DNA of 64,000 nt from Amoebophrya sp. A120. Lineage: Eukaryota; Protista; Dinoflagellata. Each line of letters opens with the position of its first letter. Positions within the stretch are counted from its first letter, which is position 1. The notes under the pieces were generated by a model. It did no database searches, was not told where the DNA came from, and worked only from the letters and a program-made list of their open reading frames with translations. The stretch spans positions 13,491,712 through 13,555,711 of the forward strand of contig CAJINV010000001.1 in assembly GCA_905178155.1 (NCBI GenBank). Direction: 5' to 3'. This document shows positions 1-12,668 of this stretch, in pieces. The position numbers and the translations under genes were made by a program.

Positions 1-1280
1 GCAGGCTCTTTCGTTTGTTCCCGCGTCGACAAGTCGGGTGGACTTCGAGCTGGTGCAATAGCCTGATCATTGCTCCCAATATTATGTGCAGGTGCAGTAT
101 TATTTCCTGTCGTAACCACGATTTGATGTTCGAAGTCGGAGTACTGACGCGGAGATAGCGTTGCGACCGAGCCTTGTTCCAGTTCCGTGATGAAGTCCTG
201 GTCGGTCGGTGAGGGCGGAGGGACCACGACGGGGTGGAACTTAGTTCCATCAGTTTCATCATCATTGTCAGGATGAAGCCCCTTCCTGCTACTCTCCGTG
301 TTCTTGACCGAGGTGGAAATTGGTGTTTTCGTTGGCAATGGTGGCGTGTCCTGGACCGCAGCCCGTAAGTCTGGGGCGCTTTGCTTCGTCAGTGTTGATG
401 TCCCTGGATGTTCGACCGGCGCTGCCGCGGTTTTTCCAGGTGAATCCTCGTTGGTCGCTTCCTCTTTCGGCCCGGGTCCCGACAGCAGCGAGAACTGTGT
501 GGAGTTTCTGCCGGTTATGTCGTGGAACAGCAACCCCCTTGGCAACTTCGGATCCGGCGGTGGCGCCCATCCAATCCGGCGGTCCGGCAAAAACCGGGTT
601 GGCACGGGTCGCGCACGCGCGTAAACCTGCCGCAGCTCTGGCGGTGGAAAGGACCGGTCCGCAGACATCGTCCGGCTGCCCGAGGGTGGCAGCGGCCTGT
701 GCAGTGCCGGCTGGTGCGCCAAGCGTTCGCGACCGCGGCTCGAAACACCGCTCATGCTGCTATTTCTGGCCGCTCCAGCAGTACCCGCCGGAGTAGACGT
801 AATCGCTAGCGGAGTGATGTTCCGAGGGGTTATCGGCGGTCGCGCTTGGCCTGGCCTCGGGGTCAGGTTTCGCAACACCGCTCGCGACTGCGCAACCCGG
901 GACTCGACGAAGCCACGCGCAGTCAGCGGCCGTCGACGGTCCTGCGGGGTAACCGCCGAAGCCGCCCGACGCCGCGCCCGCGGGGTGGACTGCTCGGGAG
1001 AAGGTGGCCCATACGATGAAGTTACACTGGTTGTGCCTCCATAAACATAATGATCCTCTCCGAAGCTCGAAACATTCGTGAAACTCGCGGCAGAAGTGAG
1101 CTGGATCTTTATGCGGTTCAACGACGGATGCACCCGCGGGTTTTCGATGCTGTGCAAGGCGTAGTCTGTGCGGATGCGAATCGCGGGTACTGGCAGCAGC
1201 TTCGGGTCCACCGCTTGACTCTGCTCGGCGGCCGTCGTGGTCTCTTTATCCGCTCCGAACAGTTGCTCGAAAAAACTCAT
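1..1280 (-). CDS. Hypothetical Pro/Ser/Thr-rich protein, 3' end outside the window
   Basis: ATG at 1280 (MSFFEQLFGADKET...) opens a frame I read without a stop to position 1. It is absent from the ORF track because no stop is reached. Confidence 0.7.
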   Translation of the reverse strand, partial: MSFFEQLFGADKETTTAAEQSQAVDPKLLPVPAIRIRTDYALHSIENPRVHPSLNRIKIQLTSAASFTNVSSFGEDHYVYGGTTSVTSSYGPPSPEQSTPRARRRAASAVTPQDRRRPLTARGFVESRVAQSRAVLRNLTPRPGQARPPITPRNITPLAITSTPAGTAGAARNSSMSGVSSRGRERLAHQPALHRPLPPSGSRTMSADRSFPPPELRQVYARARPVPTRFLPDRRIGWAPPPDPKLPRGLLFHDITGRNSTQFSLLSGPGPKEEATNEDSPGKTAAAPVEHPGTSTLTKQSAPDLRAAVQDTPPLPTKTPISTSVKNTESSRKGLHPDNDDETDGTKFHPVVVPPPSPTDQDFITELEQGSVATLSPRQYSDFEHQIVVTTGNNTAPAHNIGSNDQAIAPARSPPDLSTREQTKEP

Positions 1281-2368
1281 GTCTATTTCCGCAAAGGATA
1301 AGGAAAACTAGCAGGATGAAAATGTTGAAATTGAAAGAGAGGTACGAATAAACGTCGCAGATATTGCACTCAGAACCGTGAACAGAAAAGACAAATTCCT
1401 CACAAGGCCGTCTACTCAATACAGAAAAAACATACAGAGCCCAAACGTCAAGAAGGTAACACTTACGTTAAGGACTATGTGATTGAATATCTTCTTCTTT
1501 CTACTACACAATGCTAATTACACATTCTACACGAAAAATGCGTACCGAAATGCGGGCACGGGGAAGCCCCCCGCGAATGGAGTCCTGCAATAGCAACAGA
1601 ATTAGAGCGCTGTTCACGACGAGAACTTCTTTCTCTTTTCTGACCGAATCTACTATTGGCATGTTCTCGAGTGGCCGTGCATAGCCATGTCGCAGCACTG
1701 CGTTGTAACAACCGAACAAAAACCGAGCATCTTCTTTTTTCCTTCGAGTTCGATTCGATCACTGATGCAGCGAAGCTAAATCAAAGTACCGATTTCTGAC
1801 AGAGAAAAATTAACATCTTGATCTTTCCGCACGGTCCGTCCATGCAACATAACCTATCGAACACGATCCGGCAACGAACGTCTCAGAAACTTCCTGTTCG
1901 CTGCCTCGAGCTGTCTCAGATACAAATTACAAGAAGTAGTTTTGGCAGATAAAATCAAATGCAATCCGCCTCGGGTTCGGCATACGAGCTCGGCTGCTCA
2001 CGTATTTTTACATTTTTACAGCTCTCTGATAAAGGTTAGTTTCTTTTCAGTTTTTCAGGAACAGGAAGTTATGTTAAGAAAGAAGGGCAGCAACCTGGAG
2101 TGCAGGTGCTGCTGCTTTCGTCATTTCATCTAAAATTGCGTCGTAAGTCGACCGCAATGGCAATACAAAATCGATGAAAAAATTACAAAATTATCGTGGC
2201 TATGCCGATGAAGCAAGTTCAACTTGTATTCTCTAATAGATGGATGTTGAATTTTGACAGACTACTGTATGAAAGTAGCGCAACAGAACCGCTACAGCAG
2301 AAACAAATTTCTTACTGACATCTTCTCCTTACGACATTTACATTTCTTGCTAAAAATATTTCCCTGCA

Positions 2369-5300
2369 TTAATGCATCACCTGATGGCGGTTGGCCTTCA
2401 CCAACAGGTTTGTGGCACCAGCGACCGTGAAGCCGTCTACCTGTAGGGGCTGACCGACATGCGGAACCAAATCCGGTTTCGCGACCTTCCATTTGTCTGC
2501 GCACTCCTCGCGTAACGGGTTGCGAACCAAGGCGCTGCCGATTACCGACTCCGCTGGCCCCGTGGACCAGGGTTGGAAAGCGAGCGATTGCGGCGCTGAG
2601 GTGCTGCCCTCCTTCACCAACCGTCGCCGAGAATCCACATGAGACAGGTCTGGTTCAAACGCAAATTCCCGTCTCGGATCCGCTACCGTCCAATCCATTG
2701 GTATGATTGACAGCAAGTCAACGTCCGTTTTTGACTCGTCGCATATTTTTGAACCAGACAGGTTTTTCGATTGTTTCTTCACGCTCTTTTCGCCTGCTTG
2801 TGTATGTGTTTTTCCCTGCTCTGATGTGCTACTGCCACTACTGCTGCATTTCGGCCTGACGTAATTCCCGTAGCTTCCGTCCGGTAGCACTGGGTGGTAC
2901 TGCATCACTTGCGAGAAGGGCAGCATGTCGCCCAGGTACGTCGAGGGAGTGTCCGTTCCCTGGCTCAGAAAGCTGTTCATGACCGCATTCTCGAGGTAAG
3001 AAACCAACATGGTTTCCGTGGAGGACCGCATCCACTGGTGGCCCTGCGGAGAGAACCAGCTCACCTCTGGGCAGCCGGATTCCATCCGCACTTCATTTCC
3101 GAGAGGCAGCTGTGTTATCTTCATGTGTTATTACAATTTCTCTGTTTTCAAGAACACATTCCAACTTCCGGCAAGAGAAGAGATGATGAGGAACCTGCTT
3201 TGCATAGAGAATGAAACATAGAAAAAGAACAATCACAATTACGTCAGCCCCGGTATGAAACATGTCTTGCTGGACTACACCACCAAAGAGCTGCATCAAG
3301 TTCGTGTCAGCGCTTCTTAAACACTCCTGGTGCACGGATGCCAGGTCCACTTGTGCGGCACGCACCTCCATCAGAGCGTCGCGGGTTTCCGCTGCCCATT
3401 CGTGTGCATACAACTCATCCCTCGAGGATGGTTCAGTGTCAATCGCAGTCCCTGGGCCTGAATTCAAATTTTTTGTGAACTAGTCTCAGAAGCAGCTTTC
3501 TCATTCCACAACTGACTCCAACTTTGTGAATATAATGTTTTCATCATCTGCAAGAAAAAATCCGAATTCATACTTGCGCTCCGTCGCAAAGTAAACGGTC
3601 GCTTCTCTTCCTCCGTCTCTTTCGTCAATCGTGCAAAGCCGGCAGCGCGGACAAATGCGTCGCGGTTCTTTCGCGCACGCTGGTACTGCGTTGTCAGGTT
3701 GCGAAGAGTCTGTGAGCGATATTGGAGGTAGCTCAAAAATCATCGCCTACTTCTTGCGACAACCAACATTGTAGTACATGTTAAACGTCATATCTCGTCG
3801 ATCTTAGTCCACACACTCATACACACACTGCACCATCACATAGCGTTGCAACAAAACAAAGCTTATCCGCTATACCAACATTGCAGCTTCCGCCCGGAAA
3901 GCTAGCTCTCGCAGTTTTGCGGTTTTCAAGTTGACCCCTACCCCAAACCGACTGCAAAAGCCGCTAATGTGCTCTTCAATCGAGGGCTCCCCGGTCGATT
4001 CTATTTCCTCTTCCATCAAGGCAGTAAAACGGTCGTCCACCGAACCAGGATTTCCCATGAACACGTGCGAAAGCCGCCGTCCGTAGGTTGGCACAATGCC
4101 TCCCTGCTCTTCCGCGCTCGTGATCTCGGACTGAAAAGAACTTCTTCCCAACGAGGGGCTCGCCTTGCTTTTCGGCTTATTTTCCAACAAGTTCCCCAAA
4201 GGCGCCGCCGCTCGTCTTCGCGGTGCGATCGTAGTGCTGTGGGACGTTGCTTGCTTGCGCACATCGTACCAGGATTCCCCCAGGTGCATCTTGTACTCCT
4301 CGCGAGAACAGAAGAAACTGAAATAATTGTCGAAAAAGTCCTGCTCCAGCGCTTTCCACAGCTTCGGGGCCGTCTCCGGCAAATATAACAAGCGGAAACA
4401 CTGTTGCGGGTCTGGGATACTGTCCTCTTGAGTTGTGGCGGACACATTTTCCGGCGCTCCGCTGCCGTCAGCACTTCCGTCATACTGTTGCATCGTTTGC
4501 GGCATGCTTTCTGTACTGCTTCTAGCACCTCCACTCGTTCTTGCCACTCCTCCTTCACGACTTCTGGCCCTTGATGTTGTTCCACCTCTTTCACCAGAAC
4601 TAGCTCCATACCCATCGTGCCCCGTTCCAGGCGGCGGACCGCCGCTCGCACCAGCGGAGGCCGTTTGCTGAACCACTACGGCGGGTGGAGGAATAGTACT
4701 TCCAGCAGCTGTACCGGCAGGAGTTGTCTCCGGCGCCGCCGTCGCCGACTGGGATGAAACTGATTCACTTCCTCCAGATGTGGGTCCTCGACGTGCGACA
4801 CCGCCTGTGTCACCACGTCGCGGATCCCTGCCCATTTGCTCGTCCCCGTCACCGCTACTTTGTTCTCCATTATTGATACTCTCCATCCCCTCCATGCGCG
4901 CTCGCTGCACCATGTCTCCCAGCTCGTCATCCGATAAGGGCATCCCTGCGGAAGCAGTGCCCGCCGCCGCAGCGCCTGCATTCATCCCCTCGACGCGGGA
5001 TTCTCGTATCATCTCCTGCGTTGTCGGGTCCACACCGGGCGACCAGACACTCGGCGCCGCCATTTCGTTCAAAATGGGCGTCGAGGTGGCGGTTTCTGTA
5101 TCACGAAACGCAGGGTACCACGTAGTACTTGTCATATCGTACGGGAGAACGCTGCTCGTGGTGGGCACGCCTGCGTGATACGCGAAAAACGGCGGGGTTG
5201 TAGTGGAAAACATCGGTCTATGCTGCTTTTCCGGCGGTAGGCTCGATGTGGAAAGCGCCGGCTGCGGGTTGTGGACCCGAGAAAGAACCGTCGGCACTGC

Positions 5301-5639
5301 CAGGCAGGCCGCCGCAACGATCGACGCGCAAAACAGCTGCCTCTTCCGGTTCCCCGTGAGCGAGCCGGAACCGCAAAAGGACGAGCCTTGTGCACCAGCT
5401 CTGGCGGCGAGACTCTCAAAATTTAAAGGGCTTGTTTCCCCTCGCCGCCGCCCCGCCAGCGGTTCAACCGCGATAAGCTCCTCGTCATCCTCCTCTGTGA
5501 GCTGAGTCGAGTACAATTCGAGATCAGCATCAGTGGGCCCGGTCCGCTTCTTCAACCCCACAGCGGAAGTGATGACTGGCAACTCTGCTGCACTAAAGAG
5601 CAGGACGAGCTCCAGGAAAAAGTTGGCTCTTCGCAACAT
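2369..5639 (-). CDS. Hypothetical protein, probably multi-exon; hydrophobic N-terminus, a second hydrophobic segment and a low-complexity linker
   Basis: 589-aa ORF 3870-5639 followed by same-strand ORFs 3464-3736, 3093-3467 and 2369-3124, with candidate GT donors near 3875 and 3242. Exact joins are unresolved. Confidence 0.5.
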
Positions 5640-8053
5640 GACTCTAGGTTCCTGGTGCAGCTAGTTTGTTCAGGGAAACGGGCGAGAACTCTCGTCCCCT
5701 CTACTGCGGACCTGCTAAGGGTATACCGCCTAAATGTGTCCAAATCTTCGGCCCGCTTCTCTAGACGCCTTCTTGTTTTACTGTGTTGTGGTCAATTTCT
5801 TATTGGTTTTCTGCGTCTAGATCAGCAGGGCTGAGCGCAACGTACCTAACGCCGATTGAGGCCGCTCCTGAAGAGACTCTTCTTCATCACAAGGATCGGA
5901 AACACAAGAACACGTTTGGACAAAGTTGATCACAAATTCAGAACAAATCCGAGAGAAAACATTAAATCAGGAAAACGGGCTGTAACAAATCACATCAGAA
6001 AAAGAATTCAGGTCTTTCCTTCGGCCGCAAAGCAGCGACGGGTCCTTCAGGCTGAGTAAGTAAGAAACAAAGCAAAAAAAAAGGCTGACGCTACAATTTC
6101 ACGTGGAGATTGAGCAGCGCATCAGCGTATTGCATCGCCAGATCTGGTGGTATTTCCTCCAATTACCAGAAATGAATATAATATTACGTGCTGCTCGTAC
6201 AGGTGCTTAAGCGATGGAACCAAGGGAAAAAAAAGCTCGGTACTCTATTCGTTTACGGAAGTGCTCCGGTCATTGCCAGGACCCGTGGCGCTGTGCTTCA
6301 GTTCTTTCCTGAGTCGCTGAAGGACTGCACCCATGCGGGTCTACTGGCAGATCCGCGAAAGCAAATGGCCTCAAGGTACAGAGATACGAATGACCGCGCA
6401 GGAAAAAAACTCCAGCAGCAATTTATTGTGTCCGGCTTACATCTACAGCTCTCATTCAGAAAGAACTCCCACCTTCGACGCTGCCAGCACATTTTCTGCA
6501 GAAACCACCAATGAGCGGCTCCATGATCAAGTGCGCTTTTTACGAACGCAGCTTTCAAACAGCAGCGTCGAATGCGATCGGAGTCGGACCGCGATCCTCA
6601 CTGTGTATATGAATATACGGTCAATGGATTCTAGGTATGTTGACACCAAAATATTTGTGGCAATCTTGTTTCGCATGGAGAGCCGCATGTTGCGACAACG
6701 AAGCAGGTTCATCTATATAAGCTTAAGCACCCCAAGTGATATACCTTTACCCCCATAATTTTGGCCATTGGAGCACTTCGCGAAAGATCGAAGCAAATTA
6801 TGTCCTAACATCCCTAAAATGAAGATAACTTTATTACAAAGCGAAAAGAAAAAGCACGACAGATTAAAATTCTGCCGCATAGTTCTTTCCAGACGGGATG
6901 TAGTTCACTACACTTCAGTTTCTTACCTATCAAGATTGACAGGAAGTCAACATCGGATTCTGATTTTTTTGTAAGTAATGTACCAAGTAAAAAGGCAACG
7001 GAGTTTTACAAAAGGCAGAGTGATTTTTGACTATGACCAACAGCGAGCTCCTGTGTCGGTGGAAAATTTTGCAGCGCTGCATCTGCGACCTTCGATATTT
7101 CGAAGACGGAGCGATAGTCAGAAGCACACACGCATCTGGTCAGAGTGCATAGCTCATTGGTTTATTGCATTTGGAAAAAGGAGATTGACATCATTATAAC
7201 AACGCGACAAATTTCATTTAGAAACTGGAAAAATCGTGTCAATTTCATAACCCCGATAAATTCTATAACAATTCTTCATAGGTACAAAAAATCTTCTGTC
7301 AAGCAACAAACTTCAGCTGTAGCGCAACGCAGTTCGGGCGCGAGTCAGTCATCATATTTCAAACGTAGCCAGTTTTTCGGTGTCGAAAGCAATTGTCCAT
7401 AGAGCCCCGGATAAGGCAATATCATCGGAATAGAGAGGAAAACGCAGTGTCTCTTCTCTGGAAAAGAAGTGTGAAAATTATGTCATGCTACAATGAATTG
7501 ACGGTACGTAGGCAACGGAACTGTGCTGTCGTGGTCGTATCTATAATTTACAAAAAACAAGTTGTAGCAGGTTACAAACAGAGGCTGACTGGCTTTGTAT
7601 CCGCAGTGGCCTTCAGTTCATTTTGATTATCCAGTGTAGTGAAAGTCACCAAGCCGAATCGAAAACCTCATTACCTCTGCTCCCAAACCATACTAAACGG
7701 AAAGAAACTTCTGTTCGTGCAAGACCCGCCAGAAAGATCTTCTGACACCAGCACTGCGCCGCTGGTGCAACGTCTTTCATGCTCGTCAGTGAATCCGGAA
7801 AATTTGATCGCGATAGATTATTCAACTACACATATGCAAATTTCTTTCACAAAAGGAACTTGATTTCAATTTCTTGCCCTCGGTCGTGAGCAGAAAACCA
7901 TATCCGTACAACACGTATAAAAGTTCATTAGTTCCTTCACTGTCGTCTGTACAGAATTACATCCTGTAAAAATTAATATACGTACGTGAATAATCGGTAA
8001 AAGAAGTAGAAACCGCAACTTGAACTTCATCGGAATGAACATCAGCTCCCTCT

Positions 8054-10385
8054 TCAACTCCCCATGATCGGCGCTACACCCACCTGCTGCTCCACCTGCC
8101 ACATAGGCGCAGTCGCCTGCTGCTCCTGTTCCCCGTACTGCGCGACGGCGCGGTAGACCGTGGAGGCCGCCTTATTGAGAGGAAAAATCCCCCCCTCCCC
8201 ATATTGAAAACGCATTCGCCTAAAAATTTCTGATGCAGATTTGACGTCACAAATCCTGTCTGTCTTGCAAGAAGGCAAAGCCTTGGGGTCCGCCGCATTA
8301 TGCCGGCGGTTTGTGATGCTGTTGGGCTTACAGGGCCGACGTCTGTCATGCTAGTCCCCTACGTCAAAACCTCTCGACCCAGGCTTGGTATATGCCTGCA
8401 GTCCTCTCCAGCAAGACACGCCTGATTTGTGTACGCAAATCCAGCATCAGAAATTTCGTTTCGATATGTGGAGGGGGGATTTTTCCTTTTGATACGCTTT
8501 GCCGTTCAGGTACCGTTGGTCCAGGTCCTGCACCCGGGTGATCGCGTTCGAAAACTGGGTCTGCACCCCGGAACCGAACCGGCGGTCGTCCAGCGCCCGC
8601 GCGCGCTGCACGAAGGACTTGCCCATCTCCACCACGCTGGGAAACTTCTGCTGCGCAAACGTCGCCGCATTCACCGTCACGTTCACGCACGTGGACAACG
8701 CCTTGTCCTGCACGGCGGCCACGGTCAGGGCGTTGTAGGCCTCGTTAAACTGCTCCACCAGCGGTTCGGACAGGGAACTCGCCAGCAGTTCCTTCTGCAG
8801 GTTCGAAATCGCGGCGAAGGCCTGCTTGTACACCTCCTTCGAGTTCTTCTGCAGCAGGACCCCGCTCTATGAGAGTGCGCAAGATAAACTCTCCCTTATT
8901 TAAAAGGCATGAGCAGCAACACAAACATCGAGCGAAATGTGGCTTCCGCATGACAAATCTTCTCTACGCGGATTCTGGTTCTGTTTGAGGTTCGAAAATC
9001 TGTCATGATGCAGAACGAACCTAAAGTAGACTTGGTATAAGTATTTCGCATGACAATTGACGGGGAGGGGGAGTTGTGCACTCTCATACGCTCTTCGCCG
9101 TTTCCACCATCAGCTGCTCGAGCAGCTGCAGGACGGACCGAAACTTCTCGCGCACGGCATTCACCTTGGTGGAGCCGGTCGCGCCGAAGTCCTGCAGGGA
9201 GCCGAAGATCTGGGTGCGGACCCGGTACAGCAGCGTCATCGCCTCGGACAGCTTCACGCGGCAGCAAAACCCCTGCAGCTGGTGCTTGTTCACGGTCACG
9301 GTCTGCTCGATCGTGTCGTAGACGAATTTCACCTTCTGGCACAGCAGTTCGCGCTTCTGCTCCGTAAGGTTCGTCAGCGCGTGCGTGTACTGAATCTGCC
9401 GCACCGCCTCTAGCGACTCGAAGTAGTACTTTTTCAGGTTGTAGATGCATTCGCCGTCCTGGTCCAGAAAGTTCTGGTGCAGGCCTTCTTTCAGCGACAA
9501 AATCCGTTGGCGGGAAAATTCCAGCCCCATGAGGCAGCACTCCTTGCCCTCCACCGCCGCGGCGTGCACCACGTCCGCAATGTCCTGCAGGGCCAGGACC
9601 GCCTGGTCCAGCGGCGCCAGCGTGAACACCCGCTCCTGGAAGCCGTTCAGGAAGCCCTTGGCCGCGCTGGCCCGCTCGAAGAGGGACTCGCGGACGCGAA
9701 ACAAGAAGGCCGTGGTGGTGGCACAGGTGGTCACCTCGAGCAGGTTCAACTGCGTCACGTCGTTGCACAGTTCCTGTACGTGCTGCAGCGCGGCCTGGAA
9801 CTTGGGCCCCATCCGCTCCACCGACTCCGTCTTCAACTGCTCTTTCATGGTCTGCAGCAGCGTCATCGCGGCCTTCACCTTTGCATCCAAAACGGTCAGC
9901 CCGCGGTCCAGCCGCTCCCGCTGGGTCAGGACGACCGCGCCGCGGGTGATCGTTTCCTCGTACACCGAACGCAGGTGCGCGTCAAAGTCGCGCAGCGACT
10001 GCAGCGCGTGGTCCAGGGTCAGGTAGTCCACAAACTTGGTTTGAAAATCTTGCAGGTAGAACTGCACCCCGCTCAGCTTGTTCAGCACCTCGTACTTCGT
10101 CCCCTGCCGCTCGATTTCCTCCTTCAGACGGGCAATCTGCGACCACGCGTCCTCGAACGCCTTGCGGATGTGCTCACTGTTTGCGTTTTCCTTCATGCGA
10201 TGCTGCAACACCTGGATGGACACCATAACTTTGCGCGCCAACACCTTCACGGAGTCCTTGACCGCGTGCGCCTCGAGCTCCTGCACGGTCACCATCGCGG
10301 CGGAGAGATGGTCCGCCAGAAAGCACCCCATGCTGCGTCGGGTCGGGGAGGGTGTTCCGGTGGTGCCGCTCTTGTTAAACACCAT
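8054..10385 (-). CDS. Alpha-helical/coiled-coil protein, 592 aa, 3 exons (10385-9090, 8863-8496, 8168-8054); both introns non-canonical
   Basis: Strong GC3 codon bias in all three blocks. Removing each TIR element plus one 5-bp duplication gives ...ETAKS|GVLLQK... and ...NGKA|ASTVYR...; total 1779 nt, in frame. Confidence 0.8.
8173..8494. mobile_element. Introner-like TIR element (intron 8169-8495, GT...GC)
   Basis: About 100-bp imperfect TIR (TATTGAGAGGAAAAATCCCCCCTCC / TATCAAAAGGAAAAATCCCCCCTCC); flanks CGCCT and CGCTT (1 mismatch). Confidence 0.85.
8868..9088. mobile_element. Introner-like TIR element (intron 8864-9089, GT...GC)
   Basis: TIR TATGAGAGTGC at both ends; perfect 5-bp duplication CGCTC at 8863-8867 and 9089-9093. 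Confidence 0.9.
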
Positions 10386-11089
10386 CTTAATGCAGCACTC
10401 TTGCAGAAACGAAGGTGATGTAGTGCAAAGAAAATGAAGTAGTCGCTTATGTGCCCTGGATGCGGCGAGCGCGAGCGATGTTGTGGATATGGTTCTAGGG
10501 CAAGCTGCAGCTGGTTTTACTTGGCAAGAAAAGAGATAAAGCACCCCCAGATAAAACAGTTTCTTTTTTTTAGAGAAGAGAACAATGTACGGAGTTCTTC
10601 TTGCACCAGACACTTAAAATACGTTTTTCACGCAAACAAGTTCCTTGTAGAACAGAAGTACAGGAATTTCCTTTTATCGCAAACCCAAGGCAAGGCTGCT
10701 CTACTTACCCTTCTTCGCAATGAATCCAACAACTCATACTCAACCGAGACTCAAGTCCTACTTTTCTGCTAATTTTTTGTTGTTTTCGCCTCACATAGTT
10801 CAACGCGACAGACGTGTCCCCTGGCTAAGGAAAAGGGATCCCGGGGAGAGTACCGGCAAGAAAATTTTCGCTAGGGAGCGAGAGTCGTAGGGGAAAAAAA
10901 TTGAATGAATGTGCTACATCCCGACCAAAGGAGCCATCCCGAAAAATTGCAAGGCATCGCGAAGCTCATCCCGCAGTGATCCTCGCGTCCACACTATAGC
11001 CCAACCAGGACCGGCTGCTTCCTCCAGCCGTCGCGATATGACCTGGGGCCAAATTTCTAGACGCACACTATGTTCCCGGCCCGGCGTGA

Positions 11090-11920
11090 TCAATCAGTTG
11101 CGCATGCAACCACACTGTAGCGACCATCCGCTACTTCGATCTTGAGTCCATTTGTCAGTAGCCGCATCGCGAACGCGATTTCAAACACTGCCCCCGGGGC
11201 AGACAGCCACAGCCCAACGCCAGGGAAAACCCTCAGGATCTCACACGCGGCACCAACCGCGAGAAGAGCGTAGGACGCACAGGCAAAGGTCGCGAAGGAA
11301 ACAGGAAGCAGGAAGTTCGACGACGTCCGCAGGTACCAGAAGAGCGTAGCGGACCCCCCGCCGCAGACCAGCATGCCAAGCTGGTAGCAAAAAAAGTTCC
11401 AGCTGGTCAGAAGCAGAATCAGGGTCGCCTTGTCCTGCCCGGAGTGGCTGCTGGCGGGGCCAAACAGGGACTCGACGCCCAGCAGGCAGACCGCGCCGAA
11501 ACCCAGCAGAATGGCCTCGAGGAAACGGGCAAACACGTAAACCATCGGCGGAACCAAGTCCGTGACAGCTGCCAGCGCAGGTGCGGAGCTGCTCGAAGGA
11601 GGTAGTGGGGCGTGTAATGATCCCTGGCCCTGTGCGGGAGGACGAGACACCCCATTTACGCTGCTCTTCCAGACCGCTAGAGCGAGCAAAATTCCGATCA
11701 TCAGCACAACCAGCGAGTTTGCCAGCATGAGGAGACAGCCGACCACGAACGTCGTGTCCGGCGTAGTTTTTGCCCCGCCCCCCGTCGCACTCACGTACTG
11801 TTCCACGATGGCACTGCCAGTGCCGTAAATAGCAAAGGCCGCAAGAAACAACGAGCCGACAACCTTCGAAAAACCTCCGGGAAGATCATGAAGCCCTGAA
11901 TTATCAACAATGTGGTCCAT
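11090..11920 (-). CDS. DUF4386-like multi-pass membrane protein, intronless, probable retrocopy
   Basis: About six hydrophobic helices with motifs GSLFLAA, ARFLEAILL, YQLGML and PGAVFEI, recalled as typical of the mostly bacterial DUF4386 family. First in-frame ATG at 11920. Confidence 0.7.
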   Translation of the reverse strand: MDHIVDNSGLHDLPGGFSKVVGSLFLAAFAIYGTGSAIVEQYVSATGGGAKTTPDTTFVVGCLLMLANSLVVLMIGILLALAVWKSSVNGVSRPPAQGQGSLHAPLPPSSSSAPALAAVTDLVPPMVYVFARFLEAILLGFGAVCLLGVESLFGPASSHSGQDKATLILLLTSWNFFCYQLGMLVCGGGSATLFWYLRTSSNFLLPVSFATFACASYALLAVGAACEILRVFPGVGLWLSAPGAVFEIAFAMRLLTNGLKIEVADGRYSVVACATD

Positions 11921-12029
11921 GCCTTTGTTCTCGTCCCCCCCCAAGCAGCTCGGTGTCCACGCGGGCGGACATGCCCTATTCCTGCTGTCTTCCAGAAAGG
12001 CTACGGAGCGGCGAAGAAACTGCAAGTAG

Positions 12030-12051
12030 CTTGAGCCAAAATGGCTACGGA
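12030..12051 (-). other. Genomic (relict) dinoflagellate spliced leader, full 22 nt
   Basis: The minus strand reads TCCGTAGCCATTTTGGCTCAAG, an exact match to the DinoSL consensus DCCGTAGCCATTTTGGCTCAAG. It is followed by CTAC rather than GT, so it is not an SL RNA gene. Confidence 0.97.
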
Positions 12052-12668
12052 AAATTTTCTTTTATCCCAAACCCGAGGTGAAATTTAAATTTTCGTAGTG
12101 AATTCAAATAGCTTTTTATGTACAACTCAAGCGAATAAACTCAAGTTCTATCATGTTGTGTTTGCAAATTTTGAAGACTTCTAAGTACACGTTTGCTTCC
12201 ATAAACCACAACTAGGGCTAGCCTCACGCAAACTCAATCGGCACACACACACACTTGAACAGTGAAACAAAGAAAATTAGCACCACGAAAAAACAGCCAC
12301 GTATGATGAACACTCTAAATTCAAAGGCAGGGGCCCTTGACGTGTGTCTGCAAGCACGGTCTGTCTCAAGATAACACCGGGAGCATGCAGACGAGAATTG
12401 CAATTGCTTTTCTGGGTTCGTATGCAATGCACAAAATTAATCTGCAGTTCATTTATAAAAATTCTTTTAGGGTACTTAGTTGCCGGTACGACGTCTTTTG
12501 GGTTTGGCAGACCACTTGCTTCTTGAAAATTTGCATTTCTGGTACGTCATATTGATTTATGGCCAATGCATCTGTGCTGTCAATCATGACACTCCTAGTT
12601 TATTTTCCGTCCTCTTCGAGAAGAAGCTGGTGGAACATCAAAACAAATAAGTACTTAAAAGCGAAACA

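Noticed and set aside
5800-7900. Short ORFs, including plus-strand 6333-6758
   Set aside because: AT-rich, with no codon bias or recognisable domain; treated as intergenic.
12030-12051. SL RNA gene
   Set aside because: No GT donor or SL intron follows; the leader runs directly into mRNA-like sequence.
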